Part shown: one piece after another, positions 1-9,309 of the stretch
Position numbering within the stretch: position 1 is the stretch's first letter
Layout of the letters: every line of letters begins with the position of its first letter
Assembly: GCA_903879985.1 (NCBI GenBank)
Contig: CAIRNR010000004.1
Span: forward strand, 32,762 to 96,761
Direction of reading: 5' to 3'
DNA length: 64,000 nt
DNA from: an uncultured candidate division WWE3 bacterium
Lineage (GTDB): Bacteria > Patescibacteriota > WWE3 > UBA101185 > UBA10185
Program-made: the position numbers and the translations under genes
The notes under the pieces: model-generated
The model's input: the letters and a program-made list of their open reading frames with translations, nothing else
Told to the model about the DNA's origin: nothing
The model's database searches: none

Positions 1-8
1 TTATTTAT

Positions 9-638
9 ATGAATGAACAAAAGAGATCAAATAATAGTACGATTTTTGGTTTAGTAAGTTTCGTAATTATTTCATTACTTGGATTTTTTGCTTTTAAGTC
101 TAATAAAAGTGCCGCCGAAGTAGGAACAAATACAGTTCCGGATACATCTCTACAGGTTACATCAACTCCTGAGTCTGTTTTTAGTGTATATCAAACTTCT
201 CCTTCTACCACACCAACAGATACTCCTACACCTAGTCCAACCGCTACGGTAACACCAATGCCTACCGCGAAAGCTACCTCAACTCCTACGCCAACTCCGA
301 CATTAACTCCCACATTAACTCCCACCAAAGCTTTATCTCCATACAAAGATGGAACATATGAAGCTATGGGTAACTATGGAGCCCCAGACGGTTCTCAGCA
401 AATTGATGTAACTTTACAACTCACAAGTGGGTTGATAACAAGTGCTTCTGTAAAGGCACTCTCTCAACAACATACATCTTTAAGATATCAGCAAGATTTT
501 ATTCAGAACTATAAAGATCAAGTAGTAGGTAAAAAAATTGCAGATCTGAATCTAAATACCGTTTCCGGTGCATCTTTGACCACAGACGGATTTAACTCAG
601 CTCTGAACACTATAAAAAATGAAGCAAATACACTTTGA
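9..638 (+). CDS. Membrane-anchored FMN-binding (flavinylated) extracellular protein with Thr/Pro stalk
   Basis: N-terminal TM, TP-repeat linker, C-terminal FMN_bind-like domain (YKDGTY...TVSGASLTT, [ST]GA[ST] flavinylation motif), directly upstream of apbE. Confidence 0.9.
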   Translation: MNEQKRSNNSTIFGLVSFVIISLLGFFAFKSNKSAAEVGTNTVPDTSLQVTSTPESVFSVYQTSPSTTPTDTPTPSPTATVTPMPTAKATSTPTPTPTLTPTLTPTKALSPYKDGTYEAMGNYGAPDGSQQIDVTLQLTSGLITSASVKALSQQHTSLRYQQDFIQNYKDQVVGKKIADLNLNTVSGASLTTDGFNSALNTIKNEANTL

Positions 639-1482
639 AGCCATAGGTACTCGTTGGCAAATTGACTCATTGGACAAACCAATTGAGCAGCAAGTAGTTG
701 ATGCAATTAAGCATCGTGTAGAAATTTTCGAAGACACATATTCAAGGTTCCGCAACGGTTCTTTCGTTGCTAATCTTGCAAGCGATGCCGGAACTTACAC
801 ATTACCTGAAGATGCAAAGCCGCTTTTTGATTTGTACTTTGAACTATATAAAATTACAAATAAAAAATTTACGCCTTTAATTGGGCAAACTCTAGAAGAA
901 TTGGGTTACGATAAAACATATTCTTTTAAAGCAAATATTCCTACAAAGCTAGATGATTTGAGTCAGGTAGCGAGTTATCAATATCCTAAATTAACAATCG
1001 CAAAGCCTGTACGCTTAGACTTTGGTGCCGCAGGAAAAGGTTACATCATAGATATAGTCTCAGACTTACTAAAGGAAAGTGGTTATACTGAGTTTATTGT
1101 GGATGCCGGTGGCGATATTGTTCACTATTCTAAAAGTGGCAAGGCAGTCCCTGTAGGATTAGAGAATCCAATAAATATTTCAGAAGCAGTTGGTGTGGCA
1201 ACAATAGATAACCGTAGTATTTGCGGTTCGTCGGGGAATCGCCGCAAGTGGAGTGTTTACACTCATATAATTGACCCTGAAACTTTAGCTTCGCCAAAGA
1301 ATATTTTGGCTACATGGGTTGTTGCAAAAAACACTATGCTGGCCGATGCGCTATCCACTTGTTTATTTTTAGCCGATCCAGCAAAACTTCAAGAGCATTA
1401 CGACTTTGAATACCTTATAATATATGAAGGTCAGAAAGTCTCCGTTTCCGATAATTTTCCGGCCGAACTTTTCTATGTTTAA
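619..1482 (+). CDS. apbE: FAD:protein FMN transferase (ApbE family)
   Basis: FEAIGT start, SRF, LDFGAAGKGYIID, DAGGD, HIIDP, ADALST motifs. Confidence 0.93.
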   Translation: MKQIHFEAIGTRWQIDSLDKPIEQQVVDAIKHRVEIFEDTYSRFRNGSFVANLASDAGTYTLPEDAKPLFDLYFELYKITNKKFTPLIGQTLEELGYDKTYSFKANIPTKLDDLSQVASYQYPKLTIAKPVRLDFGAAGKGYIIDIVSDLLKESGYTEFIVDAGGDIVHYSKSGKAVPVGLENPINISEAVGVATIDNRSICGSSGNRRKWSVYTHIIDPETLASPKNILATWVVAKNTMLADALSTCLFLADPAKLQEHYDFEYLIIYEGQKVSVSDNFPAELFYV

Positions 1483-2986
1483 GAAATACATCAACGATAA
1501 TTCCATGTACAGCATTGTACTCAATGCTTTAGTTGCTATTATTCTTGGCGCATTTTTGTTCGCAACATTTGGTTGGGTGTCTCTAAACGCTTGGAATTTA
1601 TTGTTGTCGCTATTTGTGATTTTAAGTGTTGGATTTGTTTCCAATTACACTTTAGGAAAAATATTTAAAGTACACGTTAATCGTGAATCTTCTATTATTG
1701 CTTCGCTAGTTTTGTTTTGTATTTTGGTTCCTGCCAAATCACCGCGAGAACTTCTAATACTTGCGTTGGTTTCGCTATTGGCGCAGCTATCAAAATACGC
1801 ATTTGTTTGGAACAGAATACATATATTTAACCCAGCTGCGGTTGGCGCGTTTATGGCAACCTTAATTTTCAATTACCCTGTTACTTGGTGGGTAAGTAGC
1901 AAAGTTATGCTGCCTTTAGTTGCTTTAGCTGGTTTAACTGTTGTCATGAAAACCGGTAGAAAATATATGGTAGCTGTATTTTTTGTTGTTGCCTATTTAA
2001 CTCTAATTTTAAATTATGGCGATAGTATTCCATTTTTAAATCTGTCAAAACAATTTTTCACCGCATGGCCAACAGTTTTCTTTGCCACAATAATGTTAAC
2101 TGAACCTTTAACGATGCCAAATATCAAACGTTTTCAAATTGGTTACGCTGTTTTTATAGGTTTATTGTTTGGTATGACCTTTAATATCGGTCCAATTTTT
2201 TCAACTCCTGAGCTAGTTTTGCTAATAGGAAACTTGGCTGTATTCGTTCTTAAACCTAGATCACGCTATATTTTATCTCTAAAAGAAATCAAGACATTAA
2301 ACCCTGAAACAAAAGAATTTGTGTTTAATACAGATAAAAAAATAAATTTTAAAGCCGGTCAATATATGGAACTTGAAGTCCCTCATAAGCATGCGGATTC
2401 TCGTGGTTTACGCCGATACTTTACAATATCCTCGTCACCCCAACAAAAAGAAACAAGCTTTGGAATTAAATTTAACAAAGGTGGCAGTAGCTATAAAAAC
2501 GCACTAAGTAAAATTAAAGTTGGAGAAGAAATTTACGCTACACAGTTAGGCGGAGACTTTGTTTTAAAAAACAACTCGGATAAATCTTCTAACTATGTAT
2601 TTATTGCTGGTGGCGTAGGTATAACTCCGTTTATAAGTATGATCAGGAATTTAATCGATAAGCCTACAGGTGCAAATGTCACTTTGTTCTATACTGTGAG
2701 GCGTGTTAAAGATATTGCTTACAGAGAATTATTAGAATTAGCGGCAAGTTCCAAGGTTATTAATTTATTTTATGTTGTTACAGACGAGCAGTCACTTATT
2801 GACGATAAGAATTTTATCTATGGGACACTTTATCCGATCAAGATTATAAACAATGTTAAAAACGCACTTAGTGCTAATTACTTTATTTCAGGTCCACCTG
2901 CAATGGTTGGACATTTTGCTGCCAATCTAAAGAAAAACGGTGTTAGTGGAAATAAAATTCATACTGACTTTTTCCCAGGTTTTTAA
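1475..2986 (+). CDS. RnfD/NqrB-like membrane domain fused to FNR-type FAD/NAD(P)H oxidoreductase
   Basis: About 10 TM with SKY...HIFNPAA and MLTEPLT; C-terminal RYFTISS, GGSS, AGGVGITPF, SGPPAMV. Start moved to ATG 1475 overlapping apbE stop. Confidence 0.88.
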   Translation: MFKKYINDNSMYSIVLNALVAIILGAFLFATFGWVSLNAWNLLLSLFVILSVGFVSNYTLGKIFKVHVNRESSIIASLVLFCILVPAKSPRELLILALVSLLAQLSKYAFVWNRIHIFNPAAVGAFMATLIFNYPVTWWVSSKVMLPLVALAGLTVVMKTGRKYMVAVFFVVAYLTLILNYGDSIPFLNLSKQFFTAWPTVFFATIMLTEPLTMPNIKRFQIGYAVFIGLLFGMTFNIGPIFSTPELVLLIGNLAVFVLKPRSRYILSLKEIKTLNPETKEFVFNTDKKINFKAGQYMELEVPHKHADSRGLRRYFTISSSPQQKETSFGIKFNKGGSSYKNALSKIKVGEEIYATQLGGDFVLKNNSDKSSNYVFIAGGVGITPFISMIRNLIDKPTGANVTLFYTVRRVKDIAYRELLELAASSKVINLFYVVTDEQSLIDDKNFIYGTLYPIKIINNVKNALSANYFISGPPAMVGHFAANLKKNGVSGNKIHTDFFPGF

Positions 2987-3026
2987 CCTATATCTCATTC
3001 CAACATAAATAGTATAATTGCCTCAG

Positions 3027-3461
3027 ATGAAAAATATAAAAATATATCAATATATAGCAGCATTTCAAGCCTTAATAGCAATGCTTGGAAGTTTATACTT
3101 TAGTGAAATCTTGCATTTTATTCCGTGTTCGTTGTGTTGGTACCAACGAATTTGTATGTATCCGTTAGTAGCACTCATTTCAGTAGGTATTATTTTTAAA
3201 GATAAGAACTTTTACAAATATGTTTTACCCCTAAGTATTATCGGTTGGGGTATATCTTTGTACCACAATCTTTTGTACTTTAATATTTTGCCAGAAACCG
3301 TGACAGGAAAATGTTTGATTGGTGTGTCGTGTACATTTAGATATGTAACTTTTTTTGGCTTCGTAACGATTCCTTTGCTTTCGTTTCTTGCCTTTACTGT
3401 TATAAATATTTGTATGGGAATATCCGTTAAGTTACAAAAATCTTCTGTTGAACAAATTTAA
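3027..3461 (+). CDS. dsbB: Disulfide bond formation protein DsbB/BdbC family
   Basis: GSLYFSE, PCSLCWYQRICMYP, second Cys pair; TATAAT at 3013-3018 favours ATG 3027. Confidence 0.9.
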   Translation: MKNIKIYQYIAAFQALIAMLGSLYFSEILHFIPCSLCWYQRICMYPLVALISVGIIFKDKNFYKYVLPLSIIGWGISLYHNLLYFNILPETVTGKCLIGVSCTFRYVTFFGFVTIPLLSFLAFTVINICMGISVKLQKSSVEQI

Positions 3462-3463
3462 TT

Positions 3464-4159
3464 ATGTTTAGCACTATAAACGCATACATCACAAATCTAA
3501 TCGAAGCTCATCCAATAGATCCGTTTACAGATTCGGTGGGTGCGTTTTTATCTCACGGCAGTATCTTTCTACCATTCTTATTTCTGTTAATAGAAGAAGC
3601 TGGTGTGCCGGTTCCAATCCCGGGAGATGCTGTTATAGCCTTTATCGGTTACCAAATTTCACGTGGAAATATTAGTTATGCTGTTTCATTTATTTTATTT
3701 TTGATATCTGTATTGGCTGGTTCTTCAATTTTGTATTACCTGTCATATCGTTATGGTGAAAAGTTAGTAGTTATGGTCGGAAAATATTTGCATGTTAACG
3801 AAAAGAAGTTAACTTTGGCACGATCTGCATTTAAAGAATTCGGACCTATTGCAATTATCTTTGGTCGACATATACCAGGGTTTAGAATTCCAATCACAAT
3901 ATTTGCTGGTTTGTCGGAAATAAAATATAAAACGTTTATCTTATGTGAATTTATTTCAGTTGTGCTTTGGATACCTATTTATCTTTCGATTGGCGAAAGA
4001 TTAGGACCAAAAACAGTAAAGTTATTTCACGCGCATCACTGGTATTTTGTTATTGCAGCAATACCTTTGTTATTTTTCTTGGGCTCGTATATATACGTTA
4101 AGGTTAAAGAATTTCGTCAAAAGAGAAAGCACCAAAGGGAAACTAAAGACTCTGATTAA
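3464..4159 (+). CDS. DedA family membrane protein
   Basis: EEAGVPVPIPGD, GRHIPGFR motifs. Confidence 0.9.
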   Translation: MFSTINAYITNLIEAHPIDPFTDSVGAFLSHGSIFLPFLFLLIEEAGVPVPIPGDAVIAFIGYQISRGNISYAVSFILFLISVLAGSSILYYLSYRYGEKLVVMVGKYLHVNEKKLTLARSAFKEFGPIAIIFGRHIPGFRIPITIFAGLSEIKYKTFILCEFISVVLWIPIYLSIGERLGPKTVKLFHAHHWYFVIAAIPLLFFLGSYIYVKVKEFRQKRKHQRETKDSD

Positions 4160-5322
4160 TTTCCAAAAACATATAATTCTTCTTCAGCTCTTGTAACTCC
4201 TGTATATAGCCAACGTCGCCACTGATCGTCATCCATTTTTGAAAAACGTTCTTCAAATATAACAACTCTTTTTGCCTGACTACCTTGAGCTTTATGTACT
4301 GTTAAGGCGTATCCAAAGTCAAACAGATCTCCGTCTTTTGCTTTAAGTCTGTCTTTTGTAAAGTTAACTGCTTCTGTGGCGCCAAACTGTGGAGCGTATA
4401 TTTTTCCACTATAAATTGCTCCCCTATCGTCCATGTCGATTTCAGCTTGATACCACATATCATTTAGCGCAATTATGTCGACAATAGTACCAAGCATGCC
4501 GTTATAAATTCCTTTTTTGTGATTATTTCTTAGGCAAATAACACGGTCGCCTGCTTGTGGTTCCGGTGTTTCATAGCCGAGTGCGTTTCTTACAAATTGA
4601 TTTATTTTGTTTCGTGTTGAATTGTAACCGCAAAGTATTAGCGTGTCTGTGGTGTAGTTTTCTAAAAGTTCCGTACTTGCTTCTGAATAATCAAAATCTT
4701 CATGTGTATATTTAATAACTTTATCGCTATATTTTTTGCCTGGAATCTTTCCAGATTCTCTAGCGTGAATAGAAACTGTAATAATTGGATTACCTTTTGC
4801 TTGTCGATGAATAGTTTCAAGTTTAAGTTGTGGTTCTTGCATCAAATTAAAACTTCCTCGTATTGGTGGCAATTGTCCGTGATCTCCAACTGCAATAATT
4901 GGAATACGATACGATAATAAATCTTGCCAAATTTGTTCGTCAATCATTGAGGCCTCGTCCACAATTATTAGTTCAGATTCTATTTCAAGTTTTTTTGTCC
5001 AACCCGTAATAACTCCTTTAGAGCTTTCAATTGGATCATAAATAAGTCCGTGAATTGTGCTCACTGAATCTGTTGATCTTAGAGTTTTGTTAGCGGTAAG
5101 TTTTTGTTTTAAGTTTTGAGCGGCACGTCCGGTGTAACTGCAAAATGCAACTTTTAGTTTGTCTTTTTGAAGATCGTTAATTTCTTTTTTTATGTGTGCG
5201 ATTAGTGTTGTCTTTCCTGTTCCTGCATATCCGCCTAAAGTAATAAAAGGTGCGCGATCGGGCATGAGATACCAGTTTAAGATTTGTGCTGATGCTACTT
5301 TTTGATCTGGGGAAAGTTCCAT
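4156..5322 (-). CDS. RecD/Dda-like superfamily 1 helicase
   Basis: Walker A GYAGTGKT, VDEASM, GDHGQLPP, YALTVHKAQGS, LYTGVTRA. Confidence 0.9.
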   Translation of the reverse strand: MELSPDQKVASAQILNWYLMPDRAPFITLGGYAGTGKTTLIAHIKKEINDLQKDKLKVAFCSYTGRAAQNLKQKLTANKTLRSTDSVSTIHGLIYDPIESSKGVITGWTKKLEIESELIIVDEASMIDEQIWQDLLSYRIPIIAVGDHGQLPPIRGSFNLMQEPQLKLETIHRQAKGNPIITVSIHARESGKIPGKKYSDKVIKYTHEDFDYSEASTELLENYTTDTLILCGYNSTRNKINQFVRNALGYETPEPQAGDRVICLRNNHKKGIYNGMLGTIVDIIALNDMWYQAEIDMDDRGAIYSGKIYAPQFGATEAVNFTKDRLKAKDGDLFDFGYALTVHKAQGSQAKRVVIFEERFSKMDDDQWRRWLYTGVTRAEEELYVFGN

Positions 5323-6284
5323 TTGGCAATTGTATCATTTACTTGTTGATAGTTTTTGCACATCATTAAAGTTTGCCTAAGTTCATCGGCACCTTTAAAG
5401 TTATTTACGTACATTTTGAAAAACTTTTTTAATGTTTCGAAATATTTTGAGTCTCCGTATTTTTGGTAAAACATTTCGTTATGCTTTAAAAGTAGGTCTA
5501 TATAATTTTTTGTTGAATGTGGGGTTGTGTTTTCGTTTTTTTCAAATACCCAAGGATTGTAAAATATTCCGCGACCAATCATTATGCCGTCAACGCCATA
5601 AGTTTTATGTTTTTCTAAAACGTTTGCATAACTTTTAACATCGCCGTTTCCGATTATTACTGTTTCAGGTGCTAACGAATCGCGAAGTTTTACTGCTTTA
5701 CCTATTTCTTCCCAGTGCGCGTCAACTTTTGATAACTCCTTGGCGGTTCGTGCATGAAGTGTAAGTGCTGATATGTTTTGACTAAGTAAAAACGAAATCC
5801 ATGCTTGAGTATCCTCTGGTGTTTTATTCAAGCGTGTTTTTACACTTATTGGTAAATCTCCGCAACCGCGTCTAACAGCATCAATCAATTCGGCAGCAAC
5901 TTCAAAGTTTCCGATTAATGCCGCGCCGGATTTTTTAGCCATAACTGCGTGTGCCGGGCAAGCCATGTTTATGTCAATGCCGTCGAATCCTAGTTCTTTA
6001 ACCATTTGAGCTGACTGAAAAAAATGTTCAGGTGTTGATCCCCAAATTTGGGCGACAATCGGACGCTGGGTTTCGTTAAAAAATAATTTTCTACCTACTC
6101 TCTCTTTGTTTCCGCGAACTAATCCGTCGGCGCTGACAAATTCTGTAAACATAACATCAGGTTTTGCTGTGGTTGTTACAAGTTCTCTAAATACAACATC
6201 GGTTACGTCGTCCATGGGAGCCAGGACTGTAAAAGGTTTATTTAGTTTTATCCAAAAGTTTGATGTGTTTTGCACGGAAGACAT
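5295..6284 (-). CDS. dus: tRNA-dihydrouridine synthase
   Basis: LAPMDDVTD, DINMACP, SVKTR, HART, GNGDV, MIGRG. Confidence 0.93.
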   Translation of the reverse strand: MSSVQNTSNFWIKLNKPFTVLAPMDDVTDVVFRELVTTTAKPDVMFTEFVSADGLVRGNKERVGRKLFFNETQRPIVAQIWGSTPEHFFQSAQMVKELGFDGIDINMACPAHAVMAKKSGAALIGNFEVAAELIDAVRRGCGDLPISVKTRLNKTPEDTQAWISFLLSQNISALTLHARTAKELSKVDAHWEEIGKAVKLRDSLAPETVIIGNGDVKSYANVLEKHKTYGVDGIMIGRGIFYNPWVFEKNENTTPHSTKNYIDLLLKHNEMFYQKYGDSKYFETLKKFFKMYVNNFKGADELRQTLMMCKNYQQVNDTIAKWNFPQIKK

Positions 6285-6291
6285 TTTATCA

Positions 6292-6570
6292 TTAAATGCT
6301 ATCGGACGTCATTGGGTGCAGTGTCGCGGATTTAGTTAGTTGGGCTTTTTCTGTGTGAGTAAGCTTTTTTAGCTGATATTCTCTTTTTAAGGATTCGCTG
6401 AGTGTTTGATATTCCTCAAAGTATTTAATAGTTATTGGTCTCTTGTTATGTGTATATTTAGCGCCTTTTTTAGAAGAATTGTGCTCGGTTTCGCGACGTT
6501 TAATATCGGTTGTATAGCCGCAGTAGTAGGTTTTGTCGGCGCATTGGGCAATGTAAACGAAGTAGGTCAT
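6292..6570 (-). CDS. GIY-YIG nuclease family protein (UPF0213-like)
   Basis: YFVYI..C.D.TYYCGYT.D...R...HN...GAKYT, KREYQLK. Confidence 0.9.
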   Translation of the reverse strand: MTYFVYIAQCADKTYYCGYTTDIKRRETEHNSSKKGAKYTHNKRPITIKYFEEYQTLSESLKREYQLKKLTHTEKAQLTKSATLHPMTSDSI

Positions 6571-6576
6571 TGTTAT

Positions 6577-6613
6577 AGTCTAGCATTGTTCCCGCGCTGT
6601 GTTTGCCTATAGG
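6577..6613 (-). promoter_or_regulatory. Leaderless promoter with upstream CCTATAGG element
   Basis: Minus strand CCTATAGG-CAAACA-17bp-TAGACT (TGn extended), ATG 6 nt later. Confidence 0.5.
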
Positions 6614-6739
6614 TTACACGCCTGGTATAATGACCCAAGCGCAAAAACTAAATCGGCAAAATTTAGTTAAATATGTGGCATGGGCGAAAATTAGGCCTGA
6701 TGACGCCACAAAGGGCGATTTGCCCGAAGGAGATTTACA

Positions 6740-7330
6740 ATGTTTGGTTTGACGGAACGAGAGTTTTTTAAGATGTATGTCCGGAGCAATGTTAGCTTCT
6801 GGTTCCTTTCCATGGTGCCTTTTATATTTTTCACTGGACCTTTTTTGGTCTGGACTGGTGCCCAAAAGGAATACTGGTTTATGGTAAAAGATACGCCAGT
6901 GCTTCCTTTTTCCTGGATATCGTTCATTGTGGGATTCTTTATTCTCGCTGTGACGATTATCTTGGTGCTGAAAAAATGGAACCATGTTCGTAACGGGCTC
7001 ATTGCGAATCAGCAAAGGCGGATGCTTATGTTCTATCGCCATAGCCTTGATGAATTAGGTGAGAAGCTTAGTAAAGGTAATATCGCAAGTGACCAGATAC
7101 GGCGTGTTTTATATGCCGCTCGTGATGTGTTAACCTCCGAGATTGATGTGTCATTGGAGGAGCTAAATGGCATAGTACACGAGGATGGAACTTATACTAC
7201 GCTGGTGGCCTATGGTTTTTCAATTTATGTGGATATTATTGAAGATATTCCCACATATACTAAACGGTTGTATGCAAAGTACAATGATGCTCCTTCCGTT
7301 TATGTAAACATTTGGACAGTAAACATGTAG
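6740..7330 (+). CDS. Hypothetical membrane protein (2 TM)
   Basis: SD AGGAG, two hydrophobic helices, followed by terminator. Confidence 0.7.
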   Translation: MFGLTEREFFKMYVRSNVSFWFLSMVPFIFFTGPFLVWTGAQKEYWFMVKDTPVLPFSWISFIVGFFILAVTIILVLKKWNHVRNGLIANQQRRMLMFYRHSLDELGEKLSKGNIASDQIRRVLYAARDVLTSEIDVSLEELNGIVHEDGTYTTLVAYGFSIYVDIIEDIPTYTKRLYAKYNDAPSVYVNIWTVNM

Positions 7331-7350
7331 TTCTGATTTGCGCTAAACAG

Positions 7351-7385
7351 AAAACCTCGAACATGCCGATATTCGAGGTTTTTTT
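7351..7385 (+). terminator. Intrinsic terminator
   Basis: AAAACCTCGAA...TTCGAGGTTTTTTT inverted repeat with T run. Confidence 0.8.
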
Positions 7386-7435
7386 ACGCCCAAAATTCTC
7401 AGTCATTACAAAGCTATTCCTACTAAACTCCTTCC

Positions 7436-7765
7436 ATGAATCGTTATTATCAAAACTATCAAATGCAACCTAATTATCAGCTGCAGCCATATCAGCCTCA
7501 TTACCAAGTAGCCAATGCTTTTGGTCCAGGATTTTTTATACAAATCTTGTTTTGGGGTTTATTGATTCTTGGTTTCGTACTTCTATTTAAATATTTATTA
7601 AGTTCTCATCACGAGCATGAAGTTTCCGCGAAAGAAACTGTTGCTACTCCGATGGCATACGTCCCGCGTGACTCAAAATATTTAGACATAGTTAAAGAAC
7701 GATACGCAAAAGGTGAAATTAACAGAGAAGAATTTGAGCAGAAAAAACTCGATTTTTCGGCGTAA
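7436..7765 (+). CDS. SHOCT domain membrane protein
   Basis: Single TM then LDIVKERYAKGEINREEFEQKK. Confidence 0.85.
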   Translation: MNRYYQNYQMQPNYQLQPYQPHYQVANAFGPGFFIQILFWGLLILGFVLLFKYLLSSHHEHEVSAKETVATPMAYVPRDSKYLDIVKERYAKGEINREEFEQKKLDFSA

Positions 7766-7780
7766 CCTTTTTCCATTAAA

Positions 7781-8677
7781 TTAAAATCCGTAAGTAGTCA
7801 TTGGGTAATTGCCGATTCTGATTCTTTCCAACGAATATATTTCACTATCGCATTGTGTTGCTCCGCTAATCGTTGAGAAAGCTGCAACGTAACCATTATT
7901 TTTTAGCATATCAATCACGTGATCGTTATATGATCCTGAAGGATACGTATAAACCGGATCAATTTTTCCTAAATCTTTTTGAAGTGTTGCAATAGAATTT
8001 TTTGTTTCACTGTTTACAACTTCATCAGTTTGAAAAGCTAGCAACAAGTGGTTAACACCATGTGGGTAGAACGCCGCATATTTTGATTTATCCATTGCTT
8101 GCAAAGTTTTTATTCCTAAGTAACCACCTTTATCTATAAATCCGGTTGGAATCATAAAGTTTAATAAAAATTTATATTTTTCACCTGTAGGCAATGCAAA
8201 TTCATTATTGTCGCTGTAACCGTCATCGAGAGTTATTATTATAGATTTTGCGGGTAACGTGGTTTTATTTTTTAAAGCGTTTACCAAATCCATAACGCCA
8301 ATTGTGTGGTAACCCTGTTTTAATAAGTACGCTAACTGTTGATCAAATACTTGTGGTTCTACAGTAAGTCCCTTTTGATTATTTGCTTCCGCACGTTTCA
8401 TTGGCTGAATATGGTGATACATTAAAATTGGAAGGTGTAAACAATAACCCAAATGCTCGTGAGCTGGTTTTGCTTTTAAGTCGTCGGTTGATTCTGAAGT
8501 TTGGTTTGTATCAATTATTGTAGACAAATCTTGGCTGGTTGGTGTTGTTGGCAGCGGCAGTGCTTGCTTGGGTAAGGATTGTTGCGAATACTTATATGTT
8601 GCAAAAAGGATCGCAATTGAAATTAAGGAGCTAACCAGAATAGTAATTAGGAATCTTGCACCGAACTTACTTTTCAT
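7781..8677 (-). CDS. Membrane-anchored polysaccharide deacetylase (CE4)
   Basis: PILMYHHI, ITLDDGY, H...H, YPSG, LERIRI. Confidence 0.88.
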   Translation of the reverse strand: MKSKFGARFLITILVSSLISIAILFATYKYSQQSLPKQALPLPTTPTSQDLSTIIDTNQTSESTDDLKAKPAHEHLGYCLHLPILMYHHIQPMKRAEANNQKGLTVEPQVFDQQLAYLLKQGYHTIGVMDLVNALKNKTTLPAKSIIITLDDGYSDNNEFALPTGEKYKFLLNFMIPTGFIDKGGYLGIKTLQAMDKSKYAAFYPHGVNHLLLAFQTDEVVNSETKNSIATLQKDLGKIDPVYTYPSGSYNDHVIDMLKNNGYVAAFSTISGATQCDSEIYSLERIRIGNYPMTTYGF

Positions 8678-8684
8678 CAGATTA

Positions 8685-9293
8685 TTATACTAGAGTTACA
8701 CCTAAACGTTCTAACTCTGCTACAAAATCTGCAAAGTTTGTGTAAAGGAATGTGTTTATACCAAGACTTTTTGCACCCTCCATTTTACTTTCGTCGTCAT
8801 CAGAATAAAAAATCTCGTTTGGTTCAACCCCAGTTTTAGTAATTAATTGTTGGAATATTTCCGTACTAGGTTTATCTATGCCTGCTTCATAAGATAAAAC
8901 TATTGTGTCAAAATCATCTAGGAATCCAAATCTTTTTTGTAAGCCATTTATTCTTGCTGGAAAATTATTTGAACAAATTACAGTTTTGTATCCGGCACTT
9001 CTAACATTTTTAACATACTGAGCTGCTTCCTCGTTAACTTCATAGCCTTTTATTAATAGGTCACAAATTTCCTGAACTGATAAATTTAATCCCCATTCTT
9101 TTAAAGCCCATGTCCAAAATTCTGTGTCAGACATTTTTCCCAGTTTATACAGCTTATTCATTTGATCGGATTTTAGGAATACTCGTTTTGCTGCGTCTTC
9201 AGAAACTCCAAGTGCCTGAACAGCTTTAATAAAGTTGGATTTACCGTTTAAAAAATATACGCCGTCTAGGTCAAAACATATTGCTTTAATCAT
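8685..9293 (-). CDS. HAD family phosphatase
   Basis: MIKAICFDLDGV, SNN, KP, SDDD; start set at ATG 9293. Confidence 0.88.
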   Translation of the reverse strand: MIKAICFDLDGVYFLNGKSNFIKAVQALGVSEDAAKRVFLKSDQMNKLYKLGKMSDTEFWTWALKEWGLNLSVQEICDLLIKGYEVNEEAAQYVKNVRSAGYKTVICSNNFPARINGLQKRFGFLDDFDTIVLSYEAGIDKPSTEIFQQLITKTGVEPNEIFYSDDDESKMEGAKSLGINTFLYTNFADFVAELERLGVTLV

Positions 9294-9309
9294 ATGTGTA
9301 ATTTTATCA

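Noticed and set aside
6614-7042. Minus-strand ORFs 6614-7042 and 6691-7002, likewise 14055-14594, 16973-17404, 17606-18016
   Set aside because: Antisense to better-supported genes with SD, promoter or family motifs
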